From Mobula hypostoma (Eukaryota), in contig NC_086097.1 in NCBI RefSeq assembly GCF_963921235.1, positions 18,540,001-18,604,000 on the forward strand: DNA of 64,000 nucleotides. Reading direction: 5' to 3'. The position numbers and the translations under genes are program-made. The notes under the pieces were generated by a model that had not been told where the DNA came from, did no database searches, and saw nothing but the letters and a program-made list of their open reading frames with translations. Positions 24,480 through 36,854 of the stretch are shown here, piece by piece (within the stretch, counting starts at the first letter, position 1; each line of letters begins with the position of its first letter).

Positions 24480-25016
24480 TGTGAACAGTTTTGGATCCCT
24501 ATCTTCAGGAAGGGTGTGCTGGCATTGGAGGGTCCAGAAGAGGGTCACCAATTTTATCCCGGGAATGAAAGGGAGAAGTGTTTGATGGATCTGGGCTTGT
24601 ACTCATTGGAGTTTTGAAGAATGAGAGGAATCTCATTGAAACCTATTGAATATTCAAAGGCCTAGATAGAGTGGATGTGGGGAGGATGCTTCCTACAATG
24701 GGGAAGTCTAGGAACAGAGGACACAGCCTTAGAATAGAAGGACATCCCTTTAGACTAGAGACAAGTATGGATTTCTTTAGCCAGCGGATGATGGATTTGT
24801 GGAATTCATTGCCACAGACAGCTGTGGAAACCAAGTCATTGGATATATTTAAAATGAAGGTTGATAGGCTCCTGATTAGTATGGGGTCAAAGGATATGGG
24901 GAAAAGGCAGGAGAATAGGGTTGAGGGGGTAATAAATCCACCATGATGGAATGGTGCAGGGGACTCGATGGCCTGAATGGCCTAATTCTGTTCCTATTTC
25001 TTATGGTCTTATGGTT
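24480..25016 (+). mobile_element. CR1 3' fragment
   Basis: CEQFW..LGLYSLEF..RGHSLRIEGHPF..FFSQRMMDLWNSLP; (tcttatgg)n tail. Confidence 0.85.
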
Positions 25017-25904
25017 TTGTGGTCAGTTCAGAACTTCTTAGCAGCCAGCTTCAAATGGTGAAGTTGACGGTCAATATTCAATGAATGAGGCACTGAGAAA
25101 GCAAGCCTTCAGGGACGCCAAATATTACTTTGAATATCAAGTCCCAAATTTTATTCTGAGCCACAGATCATTACGACACTTCATGATAGGTTATTCCTGC
25201 AGCAACACTGATGCATAGAAGATTGTGGATATCTCAGAATCTTGCAGCCTTGTATGGAAGCGAAGGTGGAAGAAAGGCAGTCGATAAAAAAGCTTGAAAC
25301 AGAAGAGTTTTGGATTGCATGATAAAGTTTGCGTGCTGACAATACTAGACAGGTGAGATGTGAGAAAGTGGGAAATTAGAGAGATCACAGCAGCATATAG
25401 CTGCCAGAATTATCGCAGAAAGAGATTTGGAAAGGTTCACAAAGATGACGACCTCAGATGAAGTTTTACCCGAGAGAACGTGATGGTTCTGATGTTAAGT
25501 CTGATTTTACTCATTGTGATTCCTACAATAAAAGATTTGATGCAGAACATGAGTGTCAAGAATCGATGCTTTCAGTGACTCTGATGATGGTTGCTATGGT
25601 AACATCTGCCAAGATCCCAGCATCAACATAAGCAACACATGGAATAGAATGGTCCTTTCCGGCTGGAGAGATGTAATTAAAACAGTTTTAAAGGGGGAAA
25701 GCAGGGTAGAGTATGTGATGCTGTGTACAAAAAAGGTAATTCTCAGCAGCTCAGGAAATACCTTCGGTGACAGAAACGGAGTTAGTGTTTGAAGTTGATG
25801 ACCTTTCACTATAAGAAAGTATGTATGGTATCATTTGCAATATATGTATATATTGTTGTGCCCACATGCTTATTCTGAGACGTCACAACATATGGTGTTC
25901 TCTT

Positions 25905-26100
25905 AAACACAAGAGATTTTGCGGATGCTGGAAATCTTGAGAAGCACGCATAAAATGCTGGTGGTCAGGAATAAGCAGTTAATGTTTTAGGCTGAGACCC
26001 TTCATCAGAATTAGAAAGGAAGAACGAAGAAGCCAGAATCAGAAGATGGGAGGAGAGGAAGGAATACAAGCTGGCTGGTGATAGGTGAAACCAGATAAGA
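25905..26100 (-). mobile_element. Penelope-like pLTR fragment with degenerate hammerhead
   Basis: Minus strand reads ctgatga-agggtctcagcct-aaaa-catt-aactg at ~25976-26013. Confidence 0.65.
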
Positions 26101-26544
26101 AAGAAAATGTACAAGCTACAAGAAATGCTTGCTCTGCTTGTAAATTCCTCCGTATTGTCTGTAGTAAATCACATCATTAAGAATGCACAAGTCCATTTCT
26201 TACAGTCTGAGATATTGACAGTTTCTCTCTCCACAGACACTGCCTGCCGTATTGTATATTCCCAACATCCTTCATTTTGAAATCATCATAAACCCATGTC
26301 CGTTGATAACTTCATGTTCTGTAGAGCTCTAGGTAATGCAGATAGGTATAGACCAACTCAAATGAAAGTATGAACTCAGTTAGCAAAATTCTGGCCACAG
26401 TTCAAAAGGTAAGGATGAGGAGAGAGATTCGAGTATGTCTCAGAATGGCAAAAGCTGGGAGCTACAGACTGCAGAAAGAATTAAGGATCCCATGGGTGGA
26501 GTCACTCATATAATTTAAATCAATTACTTACATGTTACATAGTC

Positions 26545-26990
26545 AAAATACAGGAGGAACTCAGCAAGTTAGGGAGCATCAGTGGAGGGGAGTGAACAGT
26601 TGTTGTTTCAGACTGAGAACCTTCATCAGGACTGGAAAGGAAGGGAGAAGAATTCAGAATGAGAAGGCAGGGAGGAACACAAGCTGGCAGGTGATGGGTG
26701 TGATCAGGTGAGGGGGAAAGGTGGGCTGGTGAGGGAGGGTGGATGAAGTGAGAAACTGAGACGGAATAGTTGGAAGCGGTAAGGGGCTGAAGAAGAAGGA
26801 ATCTGATAGGAGATGACAGTGGATCATGGAAGAAAGGGGAACCAGATGGAAGAGATGGGCAAATGAGGAGAGGAGAGGGGGTGAGAGGGGAATTAGAATG
26901 GCAAACGGTAAAGAGAGAAGGAGGGAGGGATGGGGAAATTACAAGTTGTTGCAGAAATCAATGTTCATTCAGGGCATCAAGTTGGAAGGT
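26545..26990 (-). mobile_element. Penelope-like 3' end (ORF terminus, pyrimidine tract, hammerhead motif)
   Basis: Minus strand cagtc-ctgatga-aggttctcagtct-gaaa-caac-aactg (26597-26634); atgaacattgatttc (MNIDF) at ~26953-26967. Confidence 0.7.
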
Positions 26991-27719
26991 TTATCTCAAT
27001 GGGAATAGATTACATTTCTGTATACAATGCCCTGGATTGACCTCTTTTACTGTTCTGAGCACTGCACCATGGGAAGAGTATGTTGGCACATTTTTTCAGT
27101 ATGACAGTGATGGAAGGTTAAATTGTGAGAACAAGTTACATGGTCTACACCTCAATACTGAAGTGACAGGTGATTTAATAGAAAGGTTTAAGGTGATAAA
27201 ATAATTATTTGGATAGATAGAGTAAAAATTAAGTTTATTGTTTTCCTTTGTATAGGATATCAGCAACTGAGCAAATGGGATGTTAGGGATATGTTTCAAA
27301 TCCATAGCAAAAGTTAATCAACACACATAAAATCTTGGAGGAAATCAGCAAGTTAGGCAGGGGAAAAACCAGTTGACATTTCAGGCCGAGACCCTTCAAC
27401 ACGACTGGATAGGAAAGGAGCTCTTTCATTGAACGCCAAGCTACAATCTATAAGCAACAACCTAATGCAAGTTTTGCTGTTGTCTAGGTCAGCTCATTCA
27501 TGAATACCTAAATTCCTCTGAACAACACTGATTTTCAGTCGTTTTCCATTTAGACCGGGTGTTCCAACCTGGGGTCCATGGACCCCTTACTTAATGGTAT
27601 TGGACCTTGGCACAGAAAAAGGTTGAAGCTAAAGGAATAGCAAAGTTGCTGCCTGATGCACCACGAGGCATGAAGAGGAACAACAGCAATAAAAACAGGT
27701 TGGGAAACCCTGAATTAGA

Positions 27720-28500
27720 GAGTAATTGTCCTTTCGATTCCTCTTACCATGGTGGATGACCTCACATTCATCTCCATATTCCAGGTTACATAAAGCAAAA
27801 TGCTGGAGGGGCTCAGTTGGTCAGGGTTTAGACCTGAAACATCGACAAGCCTTCTGCTTCCATAGATGCTGCCTGACCAGCTAAGTTCTTCCAGCAGTTT
27901 TTGTGCTCCAGATTACGGCAATTGCAGTCTCTTGTATCTCCTTTTCACCAAAAGTTTGTCCAGTCACAATCTACCTATATCCCATTGCAGAATTACAATG
28001 TCTTCATTACAATGTAACCTTTCATCTATTTTCATATCATCAGCAAACTTTGAAACCTTACATCCAGTCATAATTTAAGTAGTAAACACAACTAAGGATC
28101 AATGACTAATATCTGGAGTACTTCAGTAGTTACCTCCCTCCAATTGGAAAAGGACCTATTTATTCCATGTGACAGCCACTTTTCAGTCTTTGCCAAAGCA
28201 CTTCCTCAAGCATTTTGACTTCTTAGTTCATGCATCAGCTTGTTATGTGGCAACTAATCAATTGCTATTTTGAAATCTAAATATACTACATCTATAGGTT
28301 CTCCTCTATCATCTATCCCTGATACATCTTCAAAGAATTTGAGGAAATCTGTCAAACATGAGTTATTTTTCTAAAACCATATTGACTAGATTTGATTACA
28401 TTCAGATTTCCTAATGATTAACGACTAGCGTCAGTAAAACAACCGGATAAATAATTCTCTGCTAATGTGACGCTCCTTTTGAAACAAGAGAGTCACATTA
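27720..28500 (-). mobile_element. Very old CR1-like RT remnant with an inserted PLE fragment (~27795-27935)
   Basis: atcatcagcaaacttt (reverse complement of KFADD) and ttttgaaatctaaatatactacatc (reverse complement of DVVYLDFK). Confidence 0.6.
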
Positions 28501-28524
28501 GCTGTATTTTTTAATCATGCTGTA

Positions 28525-29050
28525 TGGTAGTATAATTATTAATGCAACACTTTACAGTGGTGTTTGCACGTGGCCAAGTGGTTAAGGCGTTCGTCTAGTG
28601 ATTCGAAGGTTGCTAGTTCGAGCCTTGACTGAGGCAGCGTGTGTGTCCTTGAGCAAGGCACTTTACCACACATTGCTCTGCAACGACACCGGTGCCAAGC
28701 TGTATGGGTCCTAATGCCCTTCCCTTGGACAACATCGGTTGCGTGGAGAGGGGAGACTGCAGCATGGGCAACTGCTGGTCTTCCATACAACCTTGCCCAG
28801 GCCTGAGCCCTGGAAACCTTCCAAGATACAAATCCATGGTCTCGTGAGACTAACGGATGCCTATAAGAAGAAATTTACAGTGCCAGCAGTAAGAATGGGG
28901 TTCAATTCCGGCTGCTTTCTGTAAGGAGTCTGTATGTTCTTGTCATGACAGCATGGGTTTCCTCCCACATACCAAAGATACATGGTTAGGCTCAGTGAGT
29001 TGTGGGCATGCTATGTTAATGCCAGGAATGTGGCGACACTAGCGAGCCGC
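28525..29050 (+). mobile_element. V-SINE-like element interrupted by a second SINE
   Basis: The head resumes after the insertion as tttacagtgccagc...ggggttcaattccggctgctttctgtaaggagt. Confidence 0.65.
28560..28873 (+). mobile_element. tRNA-derived SINE with CORE-like body (copy 1)
   Basis: A box tggccaagtgg, B box agttcgagcc, CORE-like gtgtccttgagcaaggcactt; 9-bp TSD tttacagtg (28551-28559 and 28874-28882). Confidence 0.85.
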
Positions 29051-29486
29051 CAGCCCAATTGGCTGGAGGAACTCATCAGATCAGGCAGCACTTATGGAAA
29101 TGGATAAATATTTGATGTTTTGGGCCAAGATCCTTCACCAGTCTTGACTTGCTGAGTTTCTCCAGCATTTTGTGTGTGTTGTTTTGGATTTCCAGCATCT
29201 GCAGACCTTCTCGTGTTTAGGCCAACAGAATCTGATTTAATTTGATGTAATCACCACATTTCATTCTGTTTCAATGAAACAAATGAAACTAATCTTTAAT
29301 CATCATTATCCGGCTCCCTCCAGGAACTTGGTGAGTCCTGAATAGCTTCAACCCATGGATCTACAAACTACAGCCATGGTGGGACAAATGGTTTGTTTCC
29401 AAGTAGTGTAACACTGCAAAAAAATCAGGGTACAGGCTATTAATATGCCACTTTCCTCCATCATAATAAAACACAAATAGACGTCA

Positions 29487-29730
29487 GGGTAGCATAGCGG
29501 TTAAAGTAACTGTATGAAAACACCAGCAATCCAGGTTCAATTCCAGCACGACCTGTAAGGTGTTTGCACATCCCCACTATATCCCCTTAGGTTTTCTCCA
29601 GGTGCTCTGGTTTCCCTACACATTCCAAAGACGTTCGAGTTAGTAGGTTAATTGACCACATGGGTATAATTTGGCAGTGAGGGCTCGTTGGCCCAGAAGG
29701 GATTGTTACTGCGCTGCATTTCTAAATAAA
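29487..29730 (+). mobile_element. tRNA-derived SINE (V-SINE/HE1-like)
   Basis: A box tagcatagcgg, B box ggttcaattcc, body ggtgctctggtttccctacacattccaaagacg; (aaat)n tail. Confidence 0.75.
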
Positions 29731-29959
29731 AATAACAATGGATCAATATTTTGTTGCCAGCAGCATAATTTATCCCAACACATATGTTTGGGAGAAACAA
29801 AATTGTATTTCCATTTAGAAGGATGCAGGAAAATTATACGTCTTAAGCTTTGGGACTTGAATCCAAATCCAGTCCCAAAATGCTTGCCAATGGCCACCTT
29901 TCCAGAGGTGGGCACTGAGGACAAATGGAAAGACCTAAACCATACTTATATCCATATTA

Positions 29960-30533
29960 AAACACACAAATGCTGGAGGAACTCAGCGGGTCAGGTAACT
30001 TCAATGAAAAGGAATAAATAGTCGGCGTTTCCAGCTGAGACCCTTCATCAGGAATGGAAAGGAAGGGGGAAGAAGCTAGAATGAGGAGCTGGGAAAAGGG
30101 GAAGGAGTACAAGCTAGAAAGTGGTGGGTGAAGCCAGGTGAGCGGGAAGGTGGATGTGCGAGGGGGGACGAAATGAGAAGGTGGGAGGTGATAGGTGGAA
30201 AAGGTAAAAGGCTGAAAAGAAGGAATCTGACAGGAGATGAAAGTGGACCATGGGAAAAAGGTAAGGAGGAGGGGCACTGGGAGGAGGGGATAGGCAGGCG
30301 AGGAGAAGGTAAGGGGGGAGCCAGAGTGAGGAATGGAGCAAAAGGGAAGGGTGATGGGGGAAAAATTACTGGAAATCAGAGAAATCGATGTTCATCCCAT
30401 CAGATTGGAGGCTAACCAAATGGAATATGAGGTGTTGCTCCTCCAACCAGGGGGTGGCCTCATCATGACAGTAGAGGAGGCCATTGACCAACATGACAGA
30501 ATGGAATGGAAATTGGAATTAAAATGGTTGGCA
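29960..30533 (-). mobile_element. Penelope-like element 3' end with GIY-YIG endonuclease C-terminus and hammerhead motif
   Basis: Minus strand encodes ANHFNS..HS and GLLYCHDEATPWLEEQHLIFHLVSLQSDGMNIDFS, then a pyrimidine tract, then cattc-ctgatga-agggtctcagctg-gaaa-cgcc-gacta (30019-30056). Confidence 0.85.
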
Positions 30534-31084
30534 TCCTGCTTGTTGTGGACATATTCATATTGGCAGTTATATGAAGAACTGTGAGTGCTGTGAGGGGCAG
30601 ATCATGCAATAGTTTTGATGCCCCCACAGGTGCAGAGATCAAGCACAATTTGGGATCATGGTGAGGTCGAAGCACAAGCACTGCATTATGCCCAATATTG
30701 AAGCAACGTCTGACTTTGAAGGATGGGCAGAAGAAGACGCTGATAACAAAACCCCCCTCTCCTTCTGATGGAGGTGAGACAATCCCAGTCCTGGTGGGTG
30801 TGAATATGTGGGTACAGTGCAAAATGACACACAATGAGATGTGAGAGGTAGGAGTTAGTATGCTACATTTTTGTGCTATGGGAATGCTTTTCAAGATTGA
30901 AGTCTATTGCTTTGACAAGGTAAAGGCAGTTTCCCTGAATGTTTCACCCATGGGATGAATCTGACATTCAGTACCAAATGTGTTATTTTTCAGCAATGCC
31001 GTCGTTTATGTTAGTGAGAACAAAATGTTCCCTGTCCAAAGTTGAAAGAAATTGCTGAGAGTTGTGAACTCAGCCAAGATCACA

Positions 31085-31332
31085 AAACCATAAGACATAG
31101 GAGCAGAATTAGGCTATTCTGCCCATCAAGCCTGATCTACTATTCCATTACAGCTATTTTATAATTTCCCTCATTCTCCTGCCTTCTCCTCATAACCATT
31201 AACCCCCTGTATTAATCTAGAAATGATCAACCTCCTCTTTTAATATACCCAATGACCCAGCCTATACAGCTGTCTGTGGCAATGATTCTACAGATTCACC
31301 ACCCTTTGGCAGAAGAAATTCTTCCTCATTTC
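31085..31332 (-). mobile_element. CR1 3' end fragment within an old Rex1-like 3' remnant (~31050-31710, plus strand)
   Basis: accataagacataggagcagaattagg tail; the flanks contain Rex1-like gagagttgtgaactcagcc and aggctcaaggacagcttctatc. Confidence 0.65.
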
Positions 31333-31849
31333 TATAAGGCCAAGTTCATCACGCAGACCACGCTGCCCACCAATGATTCTACATGCACTGCCTCAAGAAA
31401 TCACCCAACTAATCAGGACCCCACCAACTCTGGACATTCTCCCTTTTCCCCTCTCTGGACAGAAGATACAAAACTCTGAGAGCACGTACCACTAGGCTCA
31501 AGGACAGCTTCTATCACACCTTCATCTTGAATAGACTTCTCATGAACTTACAGGTGAACGCTTTATCATCCAATCTATTTTTTCTGGTCCTTGCAATTTT
31601 TTGTCTACCTGCACTTCCCTTTCCTGCTGACAGCAATACTACATTCTGCATTCTGTTTTCTTTTCACTACCTCAGTGTGATTATGTATGGATTACCTTGT
31701 CTGGATGACTGAAGTGATTAAAGATTAAAGGTTAGATTTACCTATCACATATACATTGAATCATCAGATCTCAGGATTGTCCATGGTCGCATATATGCTC
31801 TTTGATAATAAATTTACTTCGAACTTTGAAATGCGTGGTTTGCATCATT

Positions 31850-32070
31850 ATCCAACACGAGGGCGTGCTGGGGGCAGCCTGCAAACGTTGCCACACTTAG
31901 CAACCCTAAATTGTATATTTTTAGGATGTTGAACGAAATGGAACACCCTGTGGAAATCCATACATTCATGGGGAGAATGTACAAACTCCTTACAGACAGT
32001 GGAGGGAATTGAACTCTAATCACTGGTGCTGTAAAACGTTGCGCTAGCCACTACACTAACGTGCCACCCT
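31850..32070 (-). mobile_element. tRNA-derived SINE (V-SINE-like)
   Basis: gggagaatgtacaaactccttacagacag...gaattgaac...cgctagccactacact is the reverse complement of the SINE head and body. Confidence 0.7.
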
Positions 32071-33036
32071 GTAAATTAAACAGAACTTTTCACTGTCATG
32101 CTACAGTTTCTGAAGCTCTTCTCCAACCTCCTCTGCCTCTTCACCTTCTTCTCCTATGCTGCTGACAGTCTGACCCTCAGCACACCCCCTCACTCCATCA
32201 CAGATCACGTCTTCAGTTTTCTGCCACTTCTCATGTCATTCTTCATTCATCTCATCACCATCCCTCTCTCCATGACTTCATCCAGAACTTTGCTCACATC
32301 ATCTTCTGACCATTGAGTTAAGAAGTTCCCCTTCCATATAGTTACAGAAGCACTTCCGATATAGTCGAGGGTTTGCAAGTATTTCGTTCAACTGCTTGTG
32401 AAAACGATGCTTCCAATTGGATTACTTGGTTCATTCCTATTTTCCTTTGATCTGCTAGCTGATCAAAATGCAGTGCTGAACCGGTGAACATTCTCTACTG
32501 TAGCAAGTTTCAGATTAATATGGAATAGATCAATCAGTTTTATTCTCCTTTGCGGGGGAAATAACTCCATGAAATAACTTTGCCATCTCCTTTCAGAAGA
32601 AAGCCTCCATTGAGGTTTTGCACAATGCAGTGATACACTCTTTAAATCTGGGGCTCTACTTAGTTCAGCTCCTGATGTTGCTTACTCCTTTATCAAATAT
32701 CGCACCCAACACAGCAATAGTTTGGGCAGTGAGGACCAGTTATATTGCCCTTTATTTTATCCTCTTCTAAGTCCTTCATCCACAATGAGTCTTTTCTCAA
32801 GAGCAAAGGAGCTTGAACTGCAAACATGATCATTTATTTAATATTTATAGAGCTGATGAGAACAGTTTTGTATTTTTGTATTCCTCAACTTTAATGTTGA
32901 GTGGAGGTGCAGCATCTTGCAAGGGGGAGAGTTTATGGGGTAGGCTTTTCCTGGCCTGGATCATGTGAGCGAACTTCCCATAGCTCAGAAGAAGGGTAAA
33001 CCTCTGTCAGAGATTTACATTGAGCTAAAGAAGGTA

Positions 33037-33354
33037 GTGTGGGCACATGGCCAAGTGGTTAAGGCATTGGACTAGCGACCTGAAGGTCGTGAGTTCGAGC
33101 CCCAGCTGAGGCGACATGTGTTATGTCCTTGAGCAAGGCACTTAACCACACATTGCTCTGCGGCGACACTGGTGCCAAGCTGTATGGGTCCTAACGCCCT
33201 TCCCTTGGACAACATTGGTGTTGTGGAGAAGGGAGACTTGCAGCATGGGCAACTGCTGGTCTTCCATACAACCTTTCCCAGGCCTGCGCCCTGGAGAGTG
33301 AAGACTTCCTAGGTGCAGATCCATGGTCTCGCAAGACTAACAGATGCCTTTACT
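33037..33354 (+). mobile_element. tRNA-derived SINE with CORE-like body (copy 2)
   Basis: Homologous to 28560-28873; 12-bp TSD ctaaagaaggta (33025-33036 and 33355-33366). Confidence 0.88.
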
Positions 33355-34227
33355 CTAAAGAAGGTAAAACAAGAGAAGGCCATGTCAAGACAATGCAATG
33401 AAAATCACTTCAAGATGGAGTCTGAAAGCAGATATAGAAGTTAAGTGACAAGAATAATGTTCCAGATTATTGAGATCAGAATCAGGTTTAATATCACCGT
33501 CATATGTCATGAAATTTGTTAACTTTGCAGCAGCTGTAGAATGCAATACTTAATATAGTAAAAACAATTACAGAATTCAGTCTTCAATAATTATAGTTCT
33601 AATGTGAAGTAGTGTTCGTGGATTCAGTGTACATTTAGAAATTGGATGTCAGAGGGGAAGAGGCTGTTCCTGAACCTCTGAGTGAGTGCCTTCAGGTGTC
33701 ACTACCTCCTACCTGCTGGTAGGAATGAGAGGAGGGAAGTCCTGGGTAGTGGGGGTCTTTAATGATGGACGCTGCCTTCTTGAGGTACCGCTTCTTCAAA
33801 ATGTCTTGGATACTACAAAGGATCGTACCCATAATGGAGCTGACTAACTTTACAACTTTCTGCAGCTTACGTTGATCTTGTGGAGTTGCACCCACCCCAC
33901 TCCCGCCATACCAGACAGTGATGCAGCCTGTCAGAATGCTCTCCATGGTACACCTATAGAAGTTTTCAGGTATTTTAGGTGACAAACCAAATGTCCTCAA
34001 ACTCCTGATATAATATAGTCACTGCCTTGCCTTTATAGCTGCATCAATGTATTACGATCAGGTGAGGTCCTCAGAGATATTAACACCCAGGAACTTGAAA
34101 TTGCTCGCTCTCTCCGCTTCTGATCCCTCTATGAGGATTGGTTTGTGTTCCCTTGTCTTACCCCTTCTGAAATCCAGAGTCAGCTCTTTGGTCTTACTGA
34201 CACTGAGTGCAAGTTTGTTGTTGCGAC

Positions 34228-35433
34228 TGTCACAGTGGGGTGCTGGGAACAGACCTAAGTGCAAGACACAGACACTGAAGTACAAGGAACAGGACTTGAC
34301 TGGAGAAGGGATGTGACGGGATACAGGCAAGGAGCAGGGACAAGAACGCAAACTTGGGCTAGGGAAAGCAGGACCAGAACTAGGTACCATGGACTAGGAG
34401 ACAAGGCTTGGACTCCGAGCCCAAGACTGGACAAGATCCCAGAACCTGGGTCTTGCCTCGGGCTCGGACCCCAGAACCAGGCAAGGACAAGACATGGCTT
34501 GAGGTTGGAGTCTTGGGTCTTGAGCTTGGCTTGGGATCCTCCAGGCTTGGGGTCTTGGGTCTTCAGCATGGCTTGGGATCCTCCAGGCTTGGGGTCTGGG
34601 GTCTTGAGCTTGGCTTGGGATCCTTGAGGCTTGGGGTCTTCACCTTGAAATGCAGAGGCTGATAACTCAGAGACTGGAGCTGAGAGACAGACTGGGAACT
34701 GAACATCAACATAGAGCTGGGAGTTATCCTTCGACAAGCCAGGACTCATCCTTAACACAACACAAGCATGAGACTGGACAGAACATAGACATAGAGCCGG
34801 GATTTATCCTACGACAAGCCAGGACTCAACTTCATTTCCACACCAAGGTGGGACAGATCTCTCCATCAGTTAACAGCAGAATGGAGAGACTTACCCAACA
34901 GAGGCAAGGACAAGACAAGACAGGTCCCCCCACAGGGCAACAGCAAAACAGCCTGGCTGACCCCAGAGGCAAGGACAAGAAGAAACAAACACCAAAGAAC
35001 AACAGACAGTTCCATCTCTGCTCCAGGGAAGCTCCGAGTCTCAGTTCAGCCAGCAACCTCAGCTGGCTAAGGAAACAGCCAGAGCCCTACCTAGCTTGGA
35101 GTGGCTGGCAGCCACTCAGCTGGCCTAGGAAACAGCCACAAAGACCACTCCAACAAGTGGCACCAAGGCTCCATGAAGCAGTGGTCCTCCAACCAGACCT
35201 AGAGATCACAAATGGTATCACTAGCCTTCCATCAACAGGTTACTCCAAGAAGGACTAACAAGACAAACCAGCAGCCCACACTCAATCCCAAGGCTACTTA
35301 TATTGCAAGCCCAAAGGTGGGAATCAGGTGCCTTTGATTTAGTCAAACAAGGGACAGCTGGAAGACCCGGAGTCCTGAGTCCATGGACCGGACCGTGAAC
35401 CGGAATGCAGATTTCACGGACCGGACCATGACA
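34228..35433. mobile_element. Probable solo LTR or LTR-derived insert (1206 bp)
   Basis: TGTCA...TGACA termini; 5-bp flanks gcgac (34223-34227) and gcaac (35434-35438); the host LINE rejoins exactly; no recognisable coding domain. Confidence 0.75.
34510..34640. repeat. 42-bp tandem repeat, about 3 copies
   Basis: gtcttgggtcttgagcttggcttgggatcctccaggcttggg units starting at 34510, 34552 and 34594. Confidence 0.9.
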
Positions 35434-35730
35434 GCAACACCACTCAACTAGCTGGTATATCACACTCCTATATGCCCACTTGTTCCCATCTGAGATTCTG
35501 CCAACAATGGTTGTATCATCAGCAAATTTATAGATGGCATTTGAGCTATGCCTAGCCACACAGTCATGGGTGTAGAGAGAGTAGAGCAGTGGACTAAGCA
35601 CACGTCTCCGTGGTGCTCCAGAGTTGATTGTCGGCAAGGTGGAGATATTATTTCCAATCTGCACAGATTGTGGTCTTCTGTTAGGAAGTCAAGGATCCAG
35701 TTGCAGAGGGAGTTATAGAGGCCCAGGTTC

Positions 35731-36854
35731 CAAACATAGAGCATAGAAACATAGAAAACCTACAGCACAATACAGGCCTTTTGGCCCACAAAGTTGTGCC
35801 GAACATGTCCCTACCTTAGAAACTTCTAGGATTACCCACAGCCCTCTATTTTCCTAAGCACCATGTACCTATCCAAAAGTCTCTTATAAGACCCTATCGT
35901 ATCCGCCTCCACCACCATTGCCGACAGCCCGTTCCACGTATTCACCATTTTCTGAGTAACAAACTTACCCCTGACATCTCCTCTGTACCTTCTCCCCAGC
36001 ACCTTAAACCTGTGCCCTCTTGTGGCAGCCATTTCAGCCCTGGGAAAAAGCCTCTGACTATCCACACGATCAATGCTTTTCATCATCTTATACACCTCTG
36101 TCAGGTCACCTCTTGTCCTCCGTCGCTCCAGGGAGAAAAGGCCGAGTTCACTCAACCTGCTTTCATGAGGCATGCTCCCCAATCCAGGCAACATCCTTGT
36201 AAGTCTCCTCTGCACCCTTTCTATGGCTTCCACATCCTTCCTGTAGTGAGGTGACCAGAACTGAGCACAGTACTCCAAGTGGGGTCTGACCAGGGTCCTA
36301 TATAGCTGCAACATTACCTCTCGGCTCCTAAATTCAATTCCACGATTGATGAAGGCCAATACACCGTATGCCTTCTTAACCACAGAGTCAACCTGGGCAA
36401 CTGCTTTGAGCGTCCTATGGACTCGGACCCCAAGATCCCTCTGATCCTCCACACTGCCAAGAGTCTTACCATTAATACTATATTCTGCCATCATATTTGA
36501 CCTACCAAAATGAGCCACTTCACACTTATCTGGATTGAACTCCATCTGCCACTTCTCAGCCCAGTTTTGCATCCTATCAGTGTCCCACTGTAACCTCTGA
36601 CAGCCCTCCACACTATCCACAACAGCTCCAACCTTTGTGTCATCAGCAGATTTACTCACCCATCCCTCCACTTCCTCATCCAGGTCATTTATAAAAATCA
36701 CGAAGAGTAAGGGCCCCAGAACAGATCCCTGAGGCACTCCACTGGTCACCGACCTCCATGCAGAATATGACCCGTCTACAACCACTCTTTGCCTTCTGTG
36801 GGCAAGCCAGTTCTGGATCCACAAAGCAATGTCCCCTTGGATCCCATGCCTCCT
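35731..36854 (-). mobile_element. Relatively young 5'-truncated CR1 with a 330-codon open RT C-terminus
   Basis: ORF 35832-36824 has GVPQGSVLGPLLF, SADD and RPHLEYCAQFWSP; (aaacatag)n reverse-complement tail; host ttc duplicated. Confidence 0.92.

Noticed and set aside
23729..24617. Two ORFs (96 and 173 aa) sharing LLTLPSVSP.EGSRPETST.PLPRDAAWPA
   Set aside because: The shared peptide is simply the translation of the 155-bp direct repeat; the signal is at the RNA level.
28560..28635. tRNA-like sequences with A and B boxes (also 33037-33110 and 29487-29550)
   Set aside because: They run into SINE bodies, two have clear TSDs, and none forms a complete cloverleaf, so they are SINE heads rather than tRNA genes.
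34510..34640. Regularly spaced repeats as a possible CRISPR array
   Set aside because: The units are contiguous with no unique spacers, there are no cas genes, and the context is eukaryotic.
34255..35258. ORFs of 122-202 aa on both strands
   Set aside because: They lie inside the LTR-like insert and its 42-bp repeats, are low in complexity and show no recognisable domain.
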